DNA of 34,071 bases from Paraspadella gotoi (GCA_051294375.1 JBJCIZ010000370.1:1-34071); one strand, 5' to 3'. Numbered from the stretch's first letter, positions 1 through 11,170 are shown. Program-made: numbers and translations. Notes: generated by a model from the letters alone, not told the origin.

Positions 1-560
1 TGCCTGTCTCGTTGAGTGGAGACAGGGAATCATTGTGCGGTCGTGGTGGTGGCGGGCCTCCACCACGCTTTTGATAAGCGAATCATAGCTTGGAGGGAGG
101 TCGAATCGTCCTCCATCACGATTCAAGAAGTTCGAGGGCTTTGATGTAATAGCCTCTCTAATACCTCTTGTGAACCAGTTTGGGTCATGGACAGCATGAG
201 ACAGTCTGATTCTCTAAATGCATGGCCAGTATTCGCTTTTGCTCAGCGATTGCGGACAGGAAGTAATCCACGGGTATCACGATAAGGTTTCGTGTGCTGT
301 TGGAACGGTCTGTGAGGGAGCTGCCTGTCTCGCGCCACGATTATGCTGCTTGCAGAGTTGGTTTGCCCGCAAAAGCAGGCAAGAACGGACAAAACCGCCC
401 GCCTCGCATGGCAGGCGAGAAGGGGGCAGTCGGCAGGCGTGTACCAGGCCAGAAGGACATTCAGTTGCCCACTATGTTTCTCTTCCCGCAAGGAAGCCTA
501 CCTAATGCAACGGCAATGGAACTCAACAGAATTGCATCTCAACCAATGACGCGTCAATGG
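1..560 (+). mobile_element. Decayed 3' end of an RTE-like non-LTR retrotransposon (RT C-terminal region)
   Basis: Translation WRQGIIVR..TTLLISES*LGGRSNRPPSRFKK resembles the LINE RT C-terminal pattern WxGHVVR..P..LLYxE..GxRxxGRPxxRFKD. The downstream RRTFSCPLCF resembles the C-terminal Zn-finger of RTE-type ORFs. Stops and frameshifts are present. Confidence 0.4.
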
Positions 561-1065
561 AACTCGGCCTTCATCGTTAAAGCCTTTCATTTGCATAAAA
601 CCAAGGGGGGCCAGCTCATTTTGAGCTCTATTTAATGCTTAATTTTTCAACTTTAACATTCACTTATCTATCCCTCACAAATGTATCATATTCACATTAA
701 AAACTTTCTTTCCTTTCATTACTATCTATTTATTACATAGGAATTAATTGTTAAATTCACCATTAGTTTAAATTTATTCTTTGTTTGTACATTACATAAT
801 GTATTATTTTAATCTCTCCCTGTTTCTCTCTCCTCCTCTCCTCTCTCCCTCTCTCCTTCTGTTCTCTCTCTCTCTCTCTTTCACCAATTGACCCATTTCA
901 CTTCTTTTCACAAACGATCTGTCCTCAAACTCAAACTTTGTACTCATTCTTTAACAACTATCTCGTGTTGAAACTTTTGGCCCTCCTCTCCTCTCTCTTT
1001 CTCTCTCACTCTCTCTCTTCTCTCTCCCTCCCTTCTTTTAACACAAATTTGTTAATGCATCATTA

Positions 1066-1107
1066 CTTGGCTGATGAAGACTCGAAATGAAGTCGAAACA
1101 TGTCCTT
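1066..1107 (+). ncRNA. Minimal hammerhead ribozyme motif (Penelope-like pseudo-LTR remnant)
   Basis: CTGATGA (1071-1077), stem II GACT/AGTC, GAAA (1095-1098), palindromic ACATGT stem III and a TC cleavage site, followed by AATAAA. Stem I is weak. Confidence 0.65.
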
Positions 1108-1389
1108 ATTACTAATAAAAAATCGTTGACGAAAACATTTCAAACTTTGTTAAAAGTTTTAAATAATTTTTATAAGTTTAATTAGTGATTAGGTTACGGA
1201 TTAGGATTTAAATTATAAGTTTAAAAATATCATTTATGTTAAATATTTAAGTTAGGATTTAAATTTTGGATAAAGGAACAGAAAGTGGGCACTCTCGTAA
1301 AAATGAACAGGAAAGTGGGCAAATCTTAGAAAAAAGGAAACAGAACAAGAGGCACTCTCGGGAAAATAGAGCCTCTGGTCAGGAATCTG

Positions 1390-1792
1390 GGGAGGGGGGG
1401 TTGGAGTGATCTTATCTGGATTTCGGTTCCAATTTAAAGTGAGGGACTTTGAGTTGAGGAGAAACTTTGGAAAGTTCCTTCTTCTTTCACTGGAATTAGT
1501 CATAGAGTCAAACAAAACCGCACTTCACTAACTTAGTATTTCAAAAGTTGTGCTGCCATTGAATCTCACGGTGATCACTTTTTAATGTGATCATTTGATA
1601 GCCAACAAGAATGTTCAAGAACGTCCTTACCTTCCTGCGAATATGAACTCAATTGATGTAATTTTAACCTATGTAGTATGAGATTTTAATATAAATAAGA
1701 CGGACCGCACGGACAGACATACGATCGGACCGACCGACCGAACAGCCAGGACTGAAAAAGTGACTTATGAGATGCACGCGAGGGTCAAAAGG
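1390..1792. mobile_element. Non-autonomous Helentron/DINE-1-like repeat remnant
   Basis: (GACG/GACA/GACC)n microsatellite at 1699-1745, followed by AAAAAGTGACTTAT..TGCACGCGA, an end signature typical of such elements. The left boundary is approximate. Confidence 0.4.
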
Positions 1793-2274
1793 TCAAAACT
1801 GTATTTTGATTTGTTGCCTCTACAAAAACTTTTCTTCCTTTTAAATTGAGAGAAATGAAACAAAAGGCAAAGTTTGGCGTTTTTGTCTTTCACTTTAAAA
1901 CGTTTTATGATTTCAAACCTTGGCGCCAATTTATTAAATCCTTTATCTCTCTCTCCTCTCTCTTCGTCTCTCTCTCTCTCTCTCTCTTCTTTCTCTCTCT
2001 TCTCCTCTGTCTCTCTCTCTCTTTCCTCTCTCTTATCTTAATCTCCTTTTTATCTCTCGTTTCAAGACTTTGTCTTTGTTTTTTTTTCTTTGGTAGACAA
2101 ATTCCAGCGATTCTCACATCACTCACTACTCCACTTCAATCTACGTTACAACATCAATTTTTTTTAACAGCATTTCGTACTTACTCACTCCATCGCTCCA
2201 CCTTCCCCATCATGCAAAATTGTTAATCTCTCGCCTTAGGATTCTGTTGTGATGGACAACAATATTCGGGCGGA

Positions 2275-2760
2275 GAGCAGGGGGGAGGAGAGAAGGGAGA
2301 GAGAGGGGGGAGGAGAGAGAGCAGAGAGAGAGAGGAGAGAGGAGAGAGAAGAGAGAGATGAGAGAAGAGAGAGAGAGAGAGAAAAGAGACAGAGGGAAAA
2401 GAGAGAGGGAGAAGAGACAGAGAAGAGAGAGAGAGAAATGAAGAGAGGGTTGAGAGAGAGAAAGGAAGAGAGAGGGAGAGAGAGAGAGGAAGAGAGAAAG
2501 AGTGGAGAGAGAGAGAGAGGGGGGACGGAGAGAGAGGGTGAGAAAGAGAAAGAGAGAGGGAGAGAGAGAGAGAGGGGGAGGAGCGAGAGGAGAGAGAGAG
2601 AGATAGAAAGAGAGAGGAGAGAGATAGAGAAAAAGCAGAGAGAGAGAAGAGAGAGAGAGACGATGAGAGAGAGATGAGAGAGAGAGTTGGGAGTGTGTGT
2701 GATGTGTGTACGAGAGAAGATAGAGAAGAGAGAGAGAAAAGAGAGATAAAGGAGGAACGA
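2275..2760. repeat. Imperfect (GA)n polypurine microsatellite
   Basis: ~480 bp of almost pure GA/GAA repeats. Similar CT/GA tracts occur at 810-880, 985-1035, 1945-2030, 6710-6815, 7635-7950 and 22180-22405. Confidence 0.95.
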
Positions 2761-2771
2761 AATGGGAGATA

Positions 2772-3030
2772 TGTCATCTCCCAAAATCGCCGCCCCGTGG
2801 GGCGGCTCTAGGGGCGGCCCCAGGGGGCGGACTATTCCGGGGGGAGCAGAAAAATGGTCATTGAGGGGGCGCCCCTCTTGATTGCCCCAGGGGGCCGCCC
2901 CCGGGGGTTTCCCCCTGGGGCAAACATTTTGCGTCTATTAGGGCGCCCCTAATGCTAAGCCCCCCGGGGGCCCAAAAAAGCCTGCTCCTGGGGTAGCCCC
3001 TCGGGGAGCAAAATAATGCCCCCCGGGGCG
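2772..3030 (+). repeat. Left TIR and GC-rich subterminal array of the KDZ element
   Basis: TGTCATCTCCCAAAATCGCCGCCCCGTGGGGCGGCTCTAGGGGCGGCCCC aligns to the reverse complement of the right end, TGTCATCCCTCAGATTCTTCTTCCCCGGGGGCGGTGTTAGGGGCGGCCCC. Repeated GGGGC(G/C)GCCCC quasi-palindromes. Confidence 0.85.
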
Positions 3031-3882
3031 AGTTAAAGAGGAGAGCTCAGTGTGGGATCGGGTATCAAATAAAAACAACTGTCTCAATTGCCAGTTCGAA
3101 AGAGTTCACCATAACTGTATTTTTGAATGATTTAAGAAGACGATTTACAAGCCTACTTATTGATGTAGTTATCAGAAACTCGCTTAGAACTATTATCTTT
3201 TAAAGGCAGTTTGTGAAACGAGCTTAAAGCTCACAATTATATTTTCAATTCAATTCAATTCTCTCTCATAGTTTTTGAATATTTAAAAAGATACATAAAA
3301 TTATGTAACTTCCTAGTCCTATCAAAAAATGCAAGCTCTGCGATATATTATTCTTCATTACGTTTAGTTGTTCTTTAAATTAAAAAAAAAATTATTCGTC
3401 AAACTTGGTATGTAGGCACTAATCAATGTAATCATACTTTACTAATCATCTCTTCTCCTGGCCTTGGTGGTAGATTCCGTTCTTAATAATACGGGTTCGC
3501 TTCCTGCCTCTTCATCGTTATATCAACCATATTTCAATATGGCTTTTATTTAATTATAGCCAACCGACCACTGCAACCGATTTTCTTTCACGTTTGATAG
3601 TATTATTAGTTATCTTTTTTAAGTCGATGAAACTTAAGAACTTTTGCTTTTTTTTAATTCCTACATCTCTCATATCTCTTTTTTGTCAAAAAGATAATGA
3701 TTGATTTGGCGCTGTATTAATTTTATGAATATTCTGTAATTGTTATAGGCAAGTGAGAGTAAAAAAATGAGTTCAACAACATTGAAATTATAATTTCACA
3801 TACAAATACATTTAAAATGTATACAAATTTAAAATCGTTAACAAAAAATATTTTTAATAAATAAAAAAGATTCAGTATATAA

Positions 3883-6261
3883 TTATGCCTTTTGGCGCAA
3901 ATAATTATGAAAAGCCATAAAGCAAGCAATAGAGGTTTTGAAGTTTTTTGGTTTCATGTATGAAACTGAAGAAACTAATCGTTTTAAAATTCTGTTTAGT
4001 TGTTCCGTTCCTTGAGAGTTTATTGTTGAAAAAGAAGGATAGGAATTCATATTAAATGATGAACTGCAATGAGTATGGTTTTTAAAATGAAAACGGTCGA
4101 TCAAAAAAATGGAATCAGAATAAAAGATTGGCTCTCTGTTGTGACAAAATTTAAATAAGTTGCACGCATTGTCATATTGAATAATTTTTGGCGCACGTTT
4201 GAACCTTGTATATAGAAGATGATGATAAAACCGAGGACCTTCGGCTTTTAACATGAATTGAAAGCCTAAGAAATATTTGTGTTGACAACTTAAGGTAAAT
4301 ATTCCGGGATGTAGAGAGGCATGTCCGTAACTATTTTTACGACAAAATTCCTCCGTGTTTTCAATGAGATGATCATCCGCCGCGTAATTGCGAGGAGGAC
4401 GAATTCGAGGGAAACTGGGAAAGAAGGAATATGTATCCTCGTTTTGGGTAATATCTAATGGTTCAGTAGGATGCATGAGGTCATTTAAAAATGGAAAAGA
4501 AGCTAAGACGCAACTCATAATGTCAATCAAGAGCTTCTGTAAAACAATTTCTTGTTCATCACTGATAATTCCTTGATAAGCGTGGTAGATGATGGGTACG
4601 TTATTTTTTAATTCTTCTAAAATTCGGAAATCCTGTCGTATCAAACCTTTCTCACCATTAGCAATTTTGATTAATAAATTGCGAAAATCTGTATCGGTCT
4701 GAATAACTGATGCCAACGATCCAGGCCGAGAAAGCTCATAAAAAAAATAAGCGAGGCTGGAAGAAGGAAAGCAAAATTCTTCTTCCATTAAATTGGTCAT
4801 TGCTATAAACTTACTCAGAGTTCGATGGCCACTGCACTTGAGAGAATTTATTAAGTGTATAAATTCTGGTCGCGTTAAAGATGGTTGTTTTAAAATTAAC
4901 TCTCCATTCTTTTTTCTCTCGACTCCAGAATACTTTTCAAGAAGAAAACGAAGATCTTTAGAGTTAATTAACTGGCGTTGATATAACGGGATGACACTGA
5001 TTTTTTCACCTTCTCTTGTTTCAGTAACAGGGTCCATGTAGTTATTTGGTACAAACTGATACTTATTTGTAGATAAAGTTGTCCCATCGCCCTGTAGAAC
5101 ATTGCAGTTACTGTCAGGACATTTCATCAAATTCGAAAAAGGAATTTCAAGGAGATTTAAATATCCTTGCCATGCATTTTTTGTAATTCTGTATATTTTA
5201 TCAGCATCCAAAGGGTCATTTTCTGGATAGAGTAGCATTTGTTTACATCGAATTTGCTTAGAAAAAGCCCATATAGATGTAGGGCCTTCCAAAAATTGAG
5301 CCAAAAAGTTTAATAAAAGAGTGTGGGTAACCAAAAATTCATTGTTGACGTTTAATAGAGCGTAATCGAGGCCATCATAGTGTTGCCGACATCGGCATTG
5401 TCCACTTGTTCCTAAAGCATATACCGAAATGTTTTGGATAATTGTAGATTCTGTAATTATTTTTGCATTAGTGGAAATCTCTAGTGGATTGTTGGTCATG
5501 AAACTAAAGCCGTGTTCACAAACACCTTCATCATGTGGAATTAAATGAAGTGGGTATCGATCTAAACCACGTGATATTTTTTCTATTTTTAACGCCAATT
5601 CTGGTTTTAGAGGCATATGTGATATTTTTTTTTTAGAAAAAATTTGAAAAGTTGTCAATTCATTTGGATTCAGATGGTAAGGCAAATCGTTTTCTTCACA
5701 CCAGTTCTTGTAATATTCGCAATGCTTGCAAGATTTATTATTATAACTGCAGTCCTGCTTTTGACAGATTAATAAATTATTTTGTCCACCTCTCGTCAGT
5801 AGACCGTATGTGCCTTCAGAAAAAACTGAAATCAGGGTTGGACTGTCCAGAAGTTGAATAACTTCTGAATTCAAGGCTTCTACAATTGCGATTGGTGGTT
5901 TTTGTGTAACATAATCCAAATATGAATATATTTGAAAACACATGAAATCTGGACCCGTATATCTTTTGACATGAATGCAAGTCAATGAATTTTTGTATTC
6001 AATCCATTCATTTCGTATCTCTTCATTGAGAAACCCAGTTGACAAAGAATCTTTAATGATCTCGTTTGAATTTTTGGCTTGACTGCATGAACAGAAAAAA
6101 CACAATGTCCCATGAACGTCTGTTGGTTCGATGATATAAAAATATTTTAATAATCGACAGTTTTTGTCTAACTGCCGTACAACTAAGGCTTGTGTGCGGG
6201 GAAGAACCCAGAATGCTTTTCCGAAACCTGAATTGAGGATGGTTTGAATTTGGGAGCACAT
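3883..6261 (-). CDS. KDZ transposase (CxC4/Dileera-like), 792 aa
   Basis: Intact ORF. N-terminal SWIM-like CSC..CIH and C..C..CKHC clusters, a CxC-type region CEHG..CRCRQHYDG, and KDZ core motifs C..C..LQGDGT, PGIFTLSCQH..GF..M..EGP, YDNACNL, DRFH.KNH..C and NSQGTEQLN (D-D-E triad candidates). Confidence 0.9.
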   Translation of the reverse strand: MCSQIQTILNSGFGKAFWVLPRTQALVVRQLDKNCRLLKYFYIIEPTDVHGTLCFFCSCSQAKNSNEIIKDSLSTGFLNEEIRNEWIEYKNSLTCIHVKRYTGPDFMCFQIYSYLDYVTQKPPIAIVEALNSEVIQLLDSPTLISVFSEGTYGLLTRGGQNNLLICQKQDCSYNNKSCKHCEYYKNWCEENDLPYHLNPNELTTFQIFSKKKISHMPLKPELALKIEKISRGLDRYPLHLIPHDEGVCEHGFSFMTNNPLEISTNAKIITESTIIQNISVYALGTSGQCRCRQHYDGLDYALLNVNNEFLVTHTLLLNFLAQFLEGPTSIWAFSKQIRCKQMLLYPENDPLDADKIYRITKNAWQGYLNLLEIPFSNLMKCPDSNCNVLQGDGTTLSTNKYQFVPNNYMDPVTETREGEKISVIPLYQRQLINSKDLRFLLEKYSGVERKKNGELILKQPSLTRPEFIHLINSLKCSGHRTLSKFIAMTNLMEEEFCFPSSSLAYFFYELSRPGSLASVIQTDTDFRNLLIKIANGEKGLIRQDFRILEELKNNVPIIYHAYQGIISDEQEIVLQKLLIDIMSCVLASFPFLNDLMHPTEPLDITQNEDTYSFFPSFPRIRPPRNYAADDHLIENTEEFCRKNSYGHASLHPGIFTLSCQHKYFLGFQFMLKAEGPRFYHHLLYTRFKRAPKIIQYDNACNLFKFCHNREPIFYSDSIFLIDRFHFKNHTHCSSSFNMNSYPSFSTINSQGTEQLNRILKRLVSSVSYMKPKNFKTSIACFMAFHNYLRQKA

Positions 6262-6705
6262 TTTGCGACAGCAGTTGAAAATATCAGAAAATTATTCTCG
6301 TTTTTTGGCTTCTTGTTGTAGCACTTTAAAAGAAGAAACGTTTTTGAAGTGAAAGCATAAATCAAAATGAGGAAAAAGCATTGGCAGAACTTAAAAAAAA
6401 TAATAAAACGGTTAGTAATCAAGGTCAGGTCAGGTCAGGTAAGGTCAGCTTTCGTCAGTTTGATATTTGTTGTTGTCATTCCCTCTTTCTTTTTTTTTCT
6501 CTGTCTCTTGGCCTCTGTTTTAACACAAAAAAAAATTTTCTTTTCTGCGAACGATCACTCAGTCATTTTCATCGCCAATATGGTCAATATTTCGTGAATT
6601 TGGCAGCTTTCTTTAACCTCGTTCTCCCTCAAGGAAGGACAAAATTTGAACTTAAATTTCCTGTCTTTTGAAATACTCTTATCTTCACAAGCGAACTTTC
6701 GATTC

Positions 6706-6736
<31 letters not shown>

Positions 6737-6943
6737 NNNNNNNNNNTCTCTCTCTCTCACTCTCTCTCTCTTTCTTTCTTTCTTTCTCTCCCTATTTTTT
6801 TCTCTCTCTCTCTCTATCCCTCTTTGCCTTGTGTACCCTGTTGTTGTTATAATTACCATAATATTCTCCCTCAAGAAAAAGATTTAAAAGGTTTATTCAC
6901 ATCGATTCTTTCACATTGCCGTAAATTTTTCTCCATCAGCATC

Positions 6944-9138
6944 ATGAATAAAAATATTTTAAAACTCATAAAAATTGCCAATCTTTTAAAACAGAACCGC
7001 CTTGACAATAAGTTTTCTTACGATGAATTTCTTCTCATCTATCGCGATCCTCGATCACTCACATTTAAGGTATAGGTTTTTAAAAAAAAAATAATCAATT
7101 TTATCAATGTTCTGTCAATATTTTAAAAGCGCACCGGGACCAACGAACTGGAAAATGCATTTGGCGCTATTTCGCAAGAATTTTTTTATCAATATAAGCA
7201 TTATGTTTCTTTGCGTCAACAAAATGCTATGCCTCGAGTTGAACCTCTTCGAGACATCATGCCCCCGCCTCTTCCTAATCCTATCGACATTTTAGCATAC
7301 TCTGATGGGAGGTAAGTTTCGATAAGTGTTGTTAAATGAGCTTTCATTGACCTTCATTGACCTCGATTCAAGTTATATAAGTAGCGAGTTCGTACCCTGA
7401 AAATGCTTTTTTTTCCTTTAATTTACATAACATTTATATACATCTTTTTTATAGGACGTATTTGCGCCGTTTAGTTGTCGCTATGATTGGGGAAAGTCGA
7501 CCAGCAAACAATCTTGGTTGGGGGCAACCTCAGAAAAGGCCGGAATTTTACCCAGATTTTCTTCCATGGATCAACCCAAGCAATTTATCACTTGAAATGA
7601 TACGTCGCGCAATAAGTAAGCTTGTTTTACCTTTTTTTTCTTTCTTTCTTTCTTTCTTTCTTTCTCTCTTTCATTTCTTTCTTTCTCTTTCTTTCTTTCT
7701 CTCTCTCTTTTTCTCTCTCTTTCTTCCTTTCTCTCTCTTTCTCTCTCTCGTTCTTTCTCTCTCTCTATCTCTCTCTCTTTCTCTTTTTTTTTCTTTTTTC
7801 TTTTTTTAATTTTTATTTCTTTCTCTTTTTCTTTTGCTCTCTCTTTCTCTTCCTCTTTTTGCTCGTTTCCTTTTTCTCACTCTTCGACTCGGTCTCTCTT
7901 TCTCTAACTGTCTTACTCTTTTTCTCCCCTTTTATTCTCTCTCTCGTTCTTTTATTCACTCTGTCTTTTTATTTTACTTAACATATTTTCTTCTCATAAA
8001 AAAGGAGTAAATTATATTTGTTGATTTCATTTCAAAGGGTTCTTCTACGACACTTACGGTTGGAGCGTCGTTATTCATCGGGAAGACTGGGATCAGTATT
8101 GTTGGAGAAGCAGCAACAAGAACAAGCAACAAGCTGATCAAGAAAATCAACTGCAACAACAACAACAACGTCAGCAGGAACCACAACGTCAGCAGGAACC
8201 ACAANNNNNNNNNNAACCACAACGTCAGCAGGAACCACAACGTCAGCAGGAACAACAACGTCGGCAGGAACAACAACGTTGGCAGGAACAACAACATCAG
8301 CAGGAACNNNNNNNNNNGCAGGAACAACAACATCAGCAGGAACAGGAACAACAGCAAAGACAAGATCAAGAAAGGCATAATCAAATTCATTTGCTCGTCA
8401 ACCCCACTACTGAACCACTTCCACCTACTGCCCGAAGCAATGTACCGCCACCGCATCCGTTATTTATTTATTATCAGCAACAACATCTCGAAGAACTACA
8501 TGGACCTGAAGAGGATGGCCGCCAACAGAGCCATCCCATAATTGACGGTGCTGTTGGTGCTTTGCATGCTCTTCAGGAACCAGACCCGGGCTATCGAGCT
8601 CCTTTACAACTTGGTGAGTGTTAGAATTAAATATTTTTTTTTTTGTCTGTCAACGAAACAAAAATTTTATTTTAATTCTAATTTCAAACGCAACGAAAAG
8701 ATAAGCAAAGACAATACTTTGTAACTTTATAACTTAATCTTATACGATTTCTGGCTTTCTTTTCCGAGAGTGTATGGCAACAGCNNNNNNNNNNGTGACT
8801 CCCATTGGGATGAGGCATCTCACTGTTCACTATTGGGTCTTCCAACCCTTGCGCTTATCCTAGGATGGTCTTGCTTTGCCAACGCAGACGAAAGTCGTGA
8901 TTTTTTTTTAGGTACACGATCTCCAGTATCTTCTCCCGAAATGCCAGAAAATTTTGTGGCTACGCCCACTGCACGTAGACGTGCCAAAGGACGAGGAAGA
9001 GCGCGCAACCGAACGGAAGTTTTCGAAGTTGGGCACCAAAACGTCGTTGATGTTCGCCCACGACGTGGAACAATGCGTCTTCGTTCTGACGATCAAGAAC
9101 CAAGATCCCTTCGACCCAGACTTGGTTCACGTCATTAA
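6944..9138 (+). CDS. Spliced gene encoding an NRF1/Erect-wing-like DNA-binding domain, a Q-rich tract and a basic C-tail; join(6944-7069,7130-7311,7455-7615,8038-8613,8912-9138)
   Basis: GT-AG introns with matching phases give FKRTGTNELENAF..MPPPLPNPIDIL..TYLRRLV..LGWGQPQKRPEFYPDFLPWINPSN..MIRRAIRFFYDTYG. This is colinear with NRF1 FKVFGAAPLENVV..LPPL..QLRAFIP..PGWGKESCKPIWWPEDIPWANV..LRTIVKNCYKQHG (NRF1 sequence recalled from memory). Exon 4 contains N-gaps, and the true start may lie upstream. Confidence 0.75.
8150..8355 (+). repeat. Coding 18-bp minisatellite (CAACGTCAGCAGGAAC(C/A)A; QRQQEP/Q)
   Basis: Tandem units in exon 4 of the NRF1-like gene, interrupted by two 10-N gaps. Confidence 0.9.
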
Positions 9139-9539
9139 AAAGAAAATGCACCAACTATACATATTTGTTGTTTCCATTCATTGTTAACTTGTTTATTTTG
9201 TATTCCATATTTTATGTAAAAATTAAAAAAAATGTTTTTTAAAAAGAATTATTTAATTTTTTAAAAGGTCTGAAACTTCAGTACTATTCGGGCAGGTTAT
9301 AATGCAATCAGTTTTTCATTGCAAAAGAGAGAGACAGAGAAAAAAGCAAATGAATGAAAGAATTGAATAAATAAAAAATATAACAGTTGAGTTGTAAGCT
9401 GTATTAGAAAAATCCAACAACAAGTAAATGGAAGAAGAAATGATAAAAGAAAAAAAATATATACGTAAGTAAGAATGTAAGTAAGAGAAAGAGAGAGAGA
9501 GAGNNNNNNNNNNAGAGAGAGAGGGAGGAGAGAGAGAGC

Positions 9540-9772
9540 CGTTCCGGGGGGCAGGCAAATTCATCACCCCCGGGGGGGGCCCCGAGGGGAAAGATTTTTA
9601 TAGCCCCTGGGGGATTCCCCCTGGGGCGGCCCCTTGGGGCCCAAAAAAATGGGCCCCAGGGGGCCGCCCCCAGGCGGTAGGGATTTGCTGCCCCTCGGGG
9701 CCGCCCCGCGGGGCCACCCCGAGGGGCCGCCCCTAACACCGCCCCCGGGGAAGAAGAATCTGAGGGATGACA
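9540..9772 (-). repeat. Right TIR and GC-rich subterminal array of the KDZ element
   Basis: GGGGCCGCCCC/GGGGCGGCCCC units at ~9623, 9660, 9697, 9710 (variant) and 9723; ends in GATGACA. Confidence 0.85.
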
Positions 9773-10499
9773 TACTTGGTAAACTTCCTCCTCTCTGTAA
9801 GGTGATCGATGTCGATCCTTCTGCAAGCCCGCGCATCGATTCCTCGTTACAATTGATCTAAGGAACGGACTCTCCTCAAATCGTCGCTGTCTGAATTGTG
9901 ATGGTTTCCCACTCGCCAATCTGGCGGTCCAGACCCGACGGCTCCCCTGATGCATAAACTAAATAAAATTCTCAAGAAAAGGTAAGGTAAGATCTGCGAT
10001 AGACCTGGAAAGAAAAAATTATGAATTGTGTAACAAATTTTTCTGATCTTAATTAATTTCATTTGTTATAAAAAACTATGGCCAATTATTTTTTCAACTC
10101 CTTGCTTCATAAAAAAAACCAGAACAATCTTACTTCAAATTTCGATGTCCTTTTGTTGAACCGCAAAGGCACGAAAAAAAAATTGGAAAAGATTGACGCG
10201 AAGCGTAATTTGGGATTTTCTCTCCTTTTAAATTTGTAGAATATTTAGGTAGGCGAAGAACGAGTAATCCTTTGGAGGCAAAAAACTTTATTCGTAACCA
10301 CCGCTGAACACCAAGTGGAGGACGGAATTTTTTAGTGAAAGGAATTCGATACCAAAGTAAAATGAACGAGAGTTTATTTCAGTATAACATCGAAGGGAAA
10401 AATGCGCGCAGAGAATAAAATAACAATGACTTTTATATGAACTACTTTGTTTACCAAAGTAGGAATGTGAAAGGGAATGGAATTTAGGCCGAGAAATTA

Positions 10500-11170
10500 A
10501 ATTATTGACAATTTTTTTGCCAAATGTTACAGAATTCTTTTCTCACGAACTTCACTGTGGTATACCAGTAAAAATATTACTGATGAAAAAAATAAATTAG
10601 TAAAGGGTATTAAAGGGTATTAAAAATTAAAACTAGGATTTGTTAAAATTAGCAAAGTCTCATTAATTGAATAAAATTGAAATGAAATTTTGAATATTTA
10701 CAGTTAAAGTTAAAAGTCATATGGCTATTAAAAAACAAATCTTTTTAAGATGTAATAATTGATAAATATGATAGGATTTTTTATGATATGCATGATAATC
10801 CTTTGTGATAAAGCCGTCATATAACAGTAAAAAACCATGAGCAGTCTGAATAGATCAAAAACTTTTAATAATACATATTTAATTGATTATCGAGCACTAT
10901 TTCCGGTTTGGGATACGCCCACTATTGATGAAAACCCTTTTTTGAACATTTTTTGTCCAAGTACTACTTATTAAATAATTATACTCATTGCAGGATAAGT
11001 AAATAACAACTGCCTAACTTTTCATTTGTAGTAAAAAGAAAAATTCCATATTGTAGTCAACGTCAACTTCCGGTAAATTGTGCGTAGGTCTAATGCAAAA
11101 TCTGATTGACGACACCTTGTTAATCGTTTTAAGCACTTAAAATTATACTAGAAACTGTACAGGATTGTGA
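10500..11170 (-). pseudogene. Possible highly decayed LINE reverse transcriptase fragment
   Basis: Minus-strand fragments FALDLR (cf. xLDLxKAFD) and W....KGFSSIVGVSQ.G (cf. F.I..GVxQG) occur in the expected order but with many stops. Confidence 0.25.

Larger units (their letters stand above)
2772..9772. mobile_element. Autonomous KDZ (Kyakuja-Dileera-Zisupton) DNA transposon, Dileera/HMGXB3-like, ~7.0 kb
   Basis: Termini TGTCATC (2772) and GATGACA (ending 9772), each flanked by TA. Imperfect TIRs of ~50 bp extend into ~250-bp GC-rich subterminal arrays. The element encloses a KDZ transposase and a second divergent gene. Confidence 0.85.

Noticed and set aside
1846-2784. Several 70-180 aa ORFs (L/S-rich or E/R-rich)
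   Set aside because: They are translations of CT/GA microsatellites.
7974-8456. 160-aa Leu-rich minus-strand ORF
   Set aside because: Antisense shadow of the Q-rich coding repeat in the NRF1-like gene.
8770-8911. 5' part of ORF 8770-9138 as coding sequence
   Set aside because: A stronger phase-compatible acceptor (T9AG ending 8911) suggests it is intronic; an extra exon cannot be excluded.
9404-9955. 183-aa G/P/R-rich ORF
   Set aside because: It crosses the transposon boundary and reads through the GC-rich TIR.
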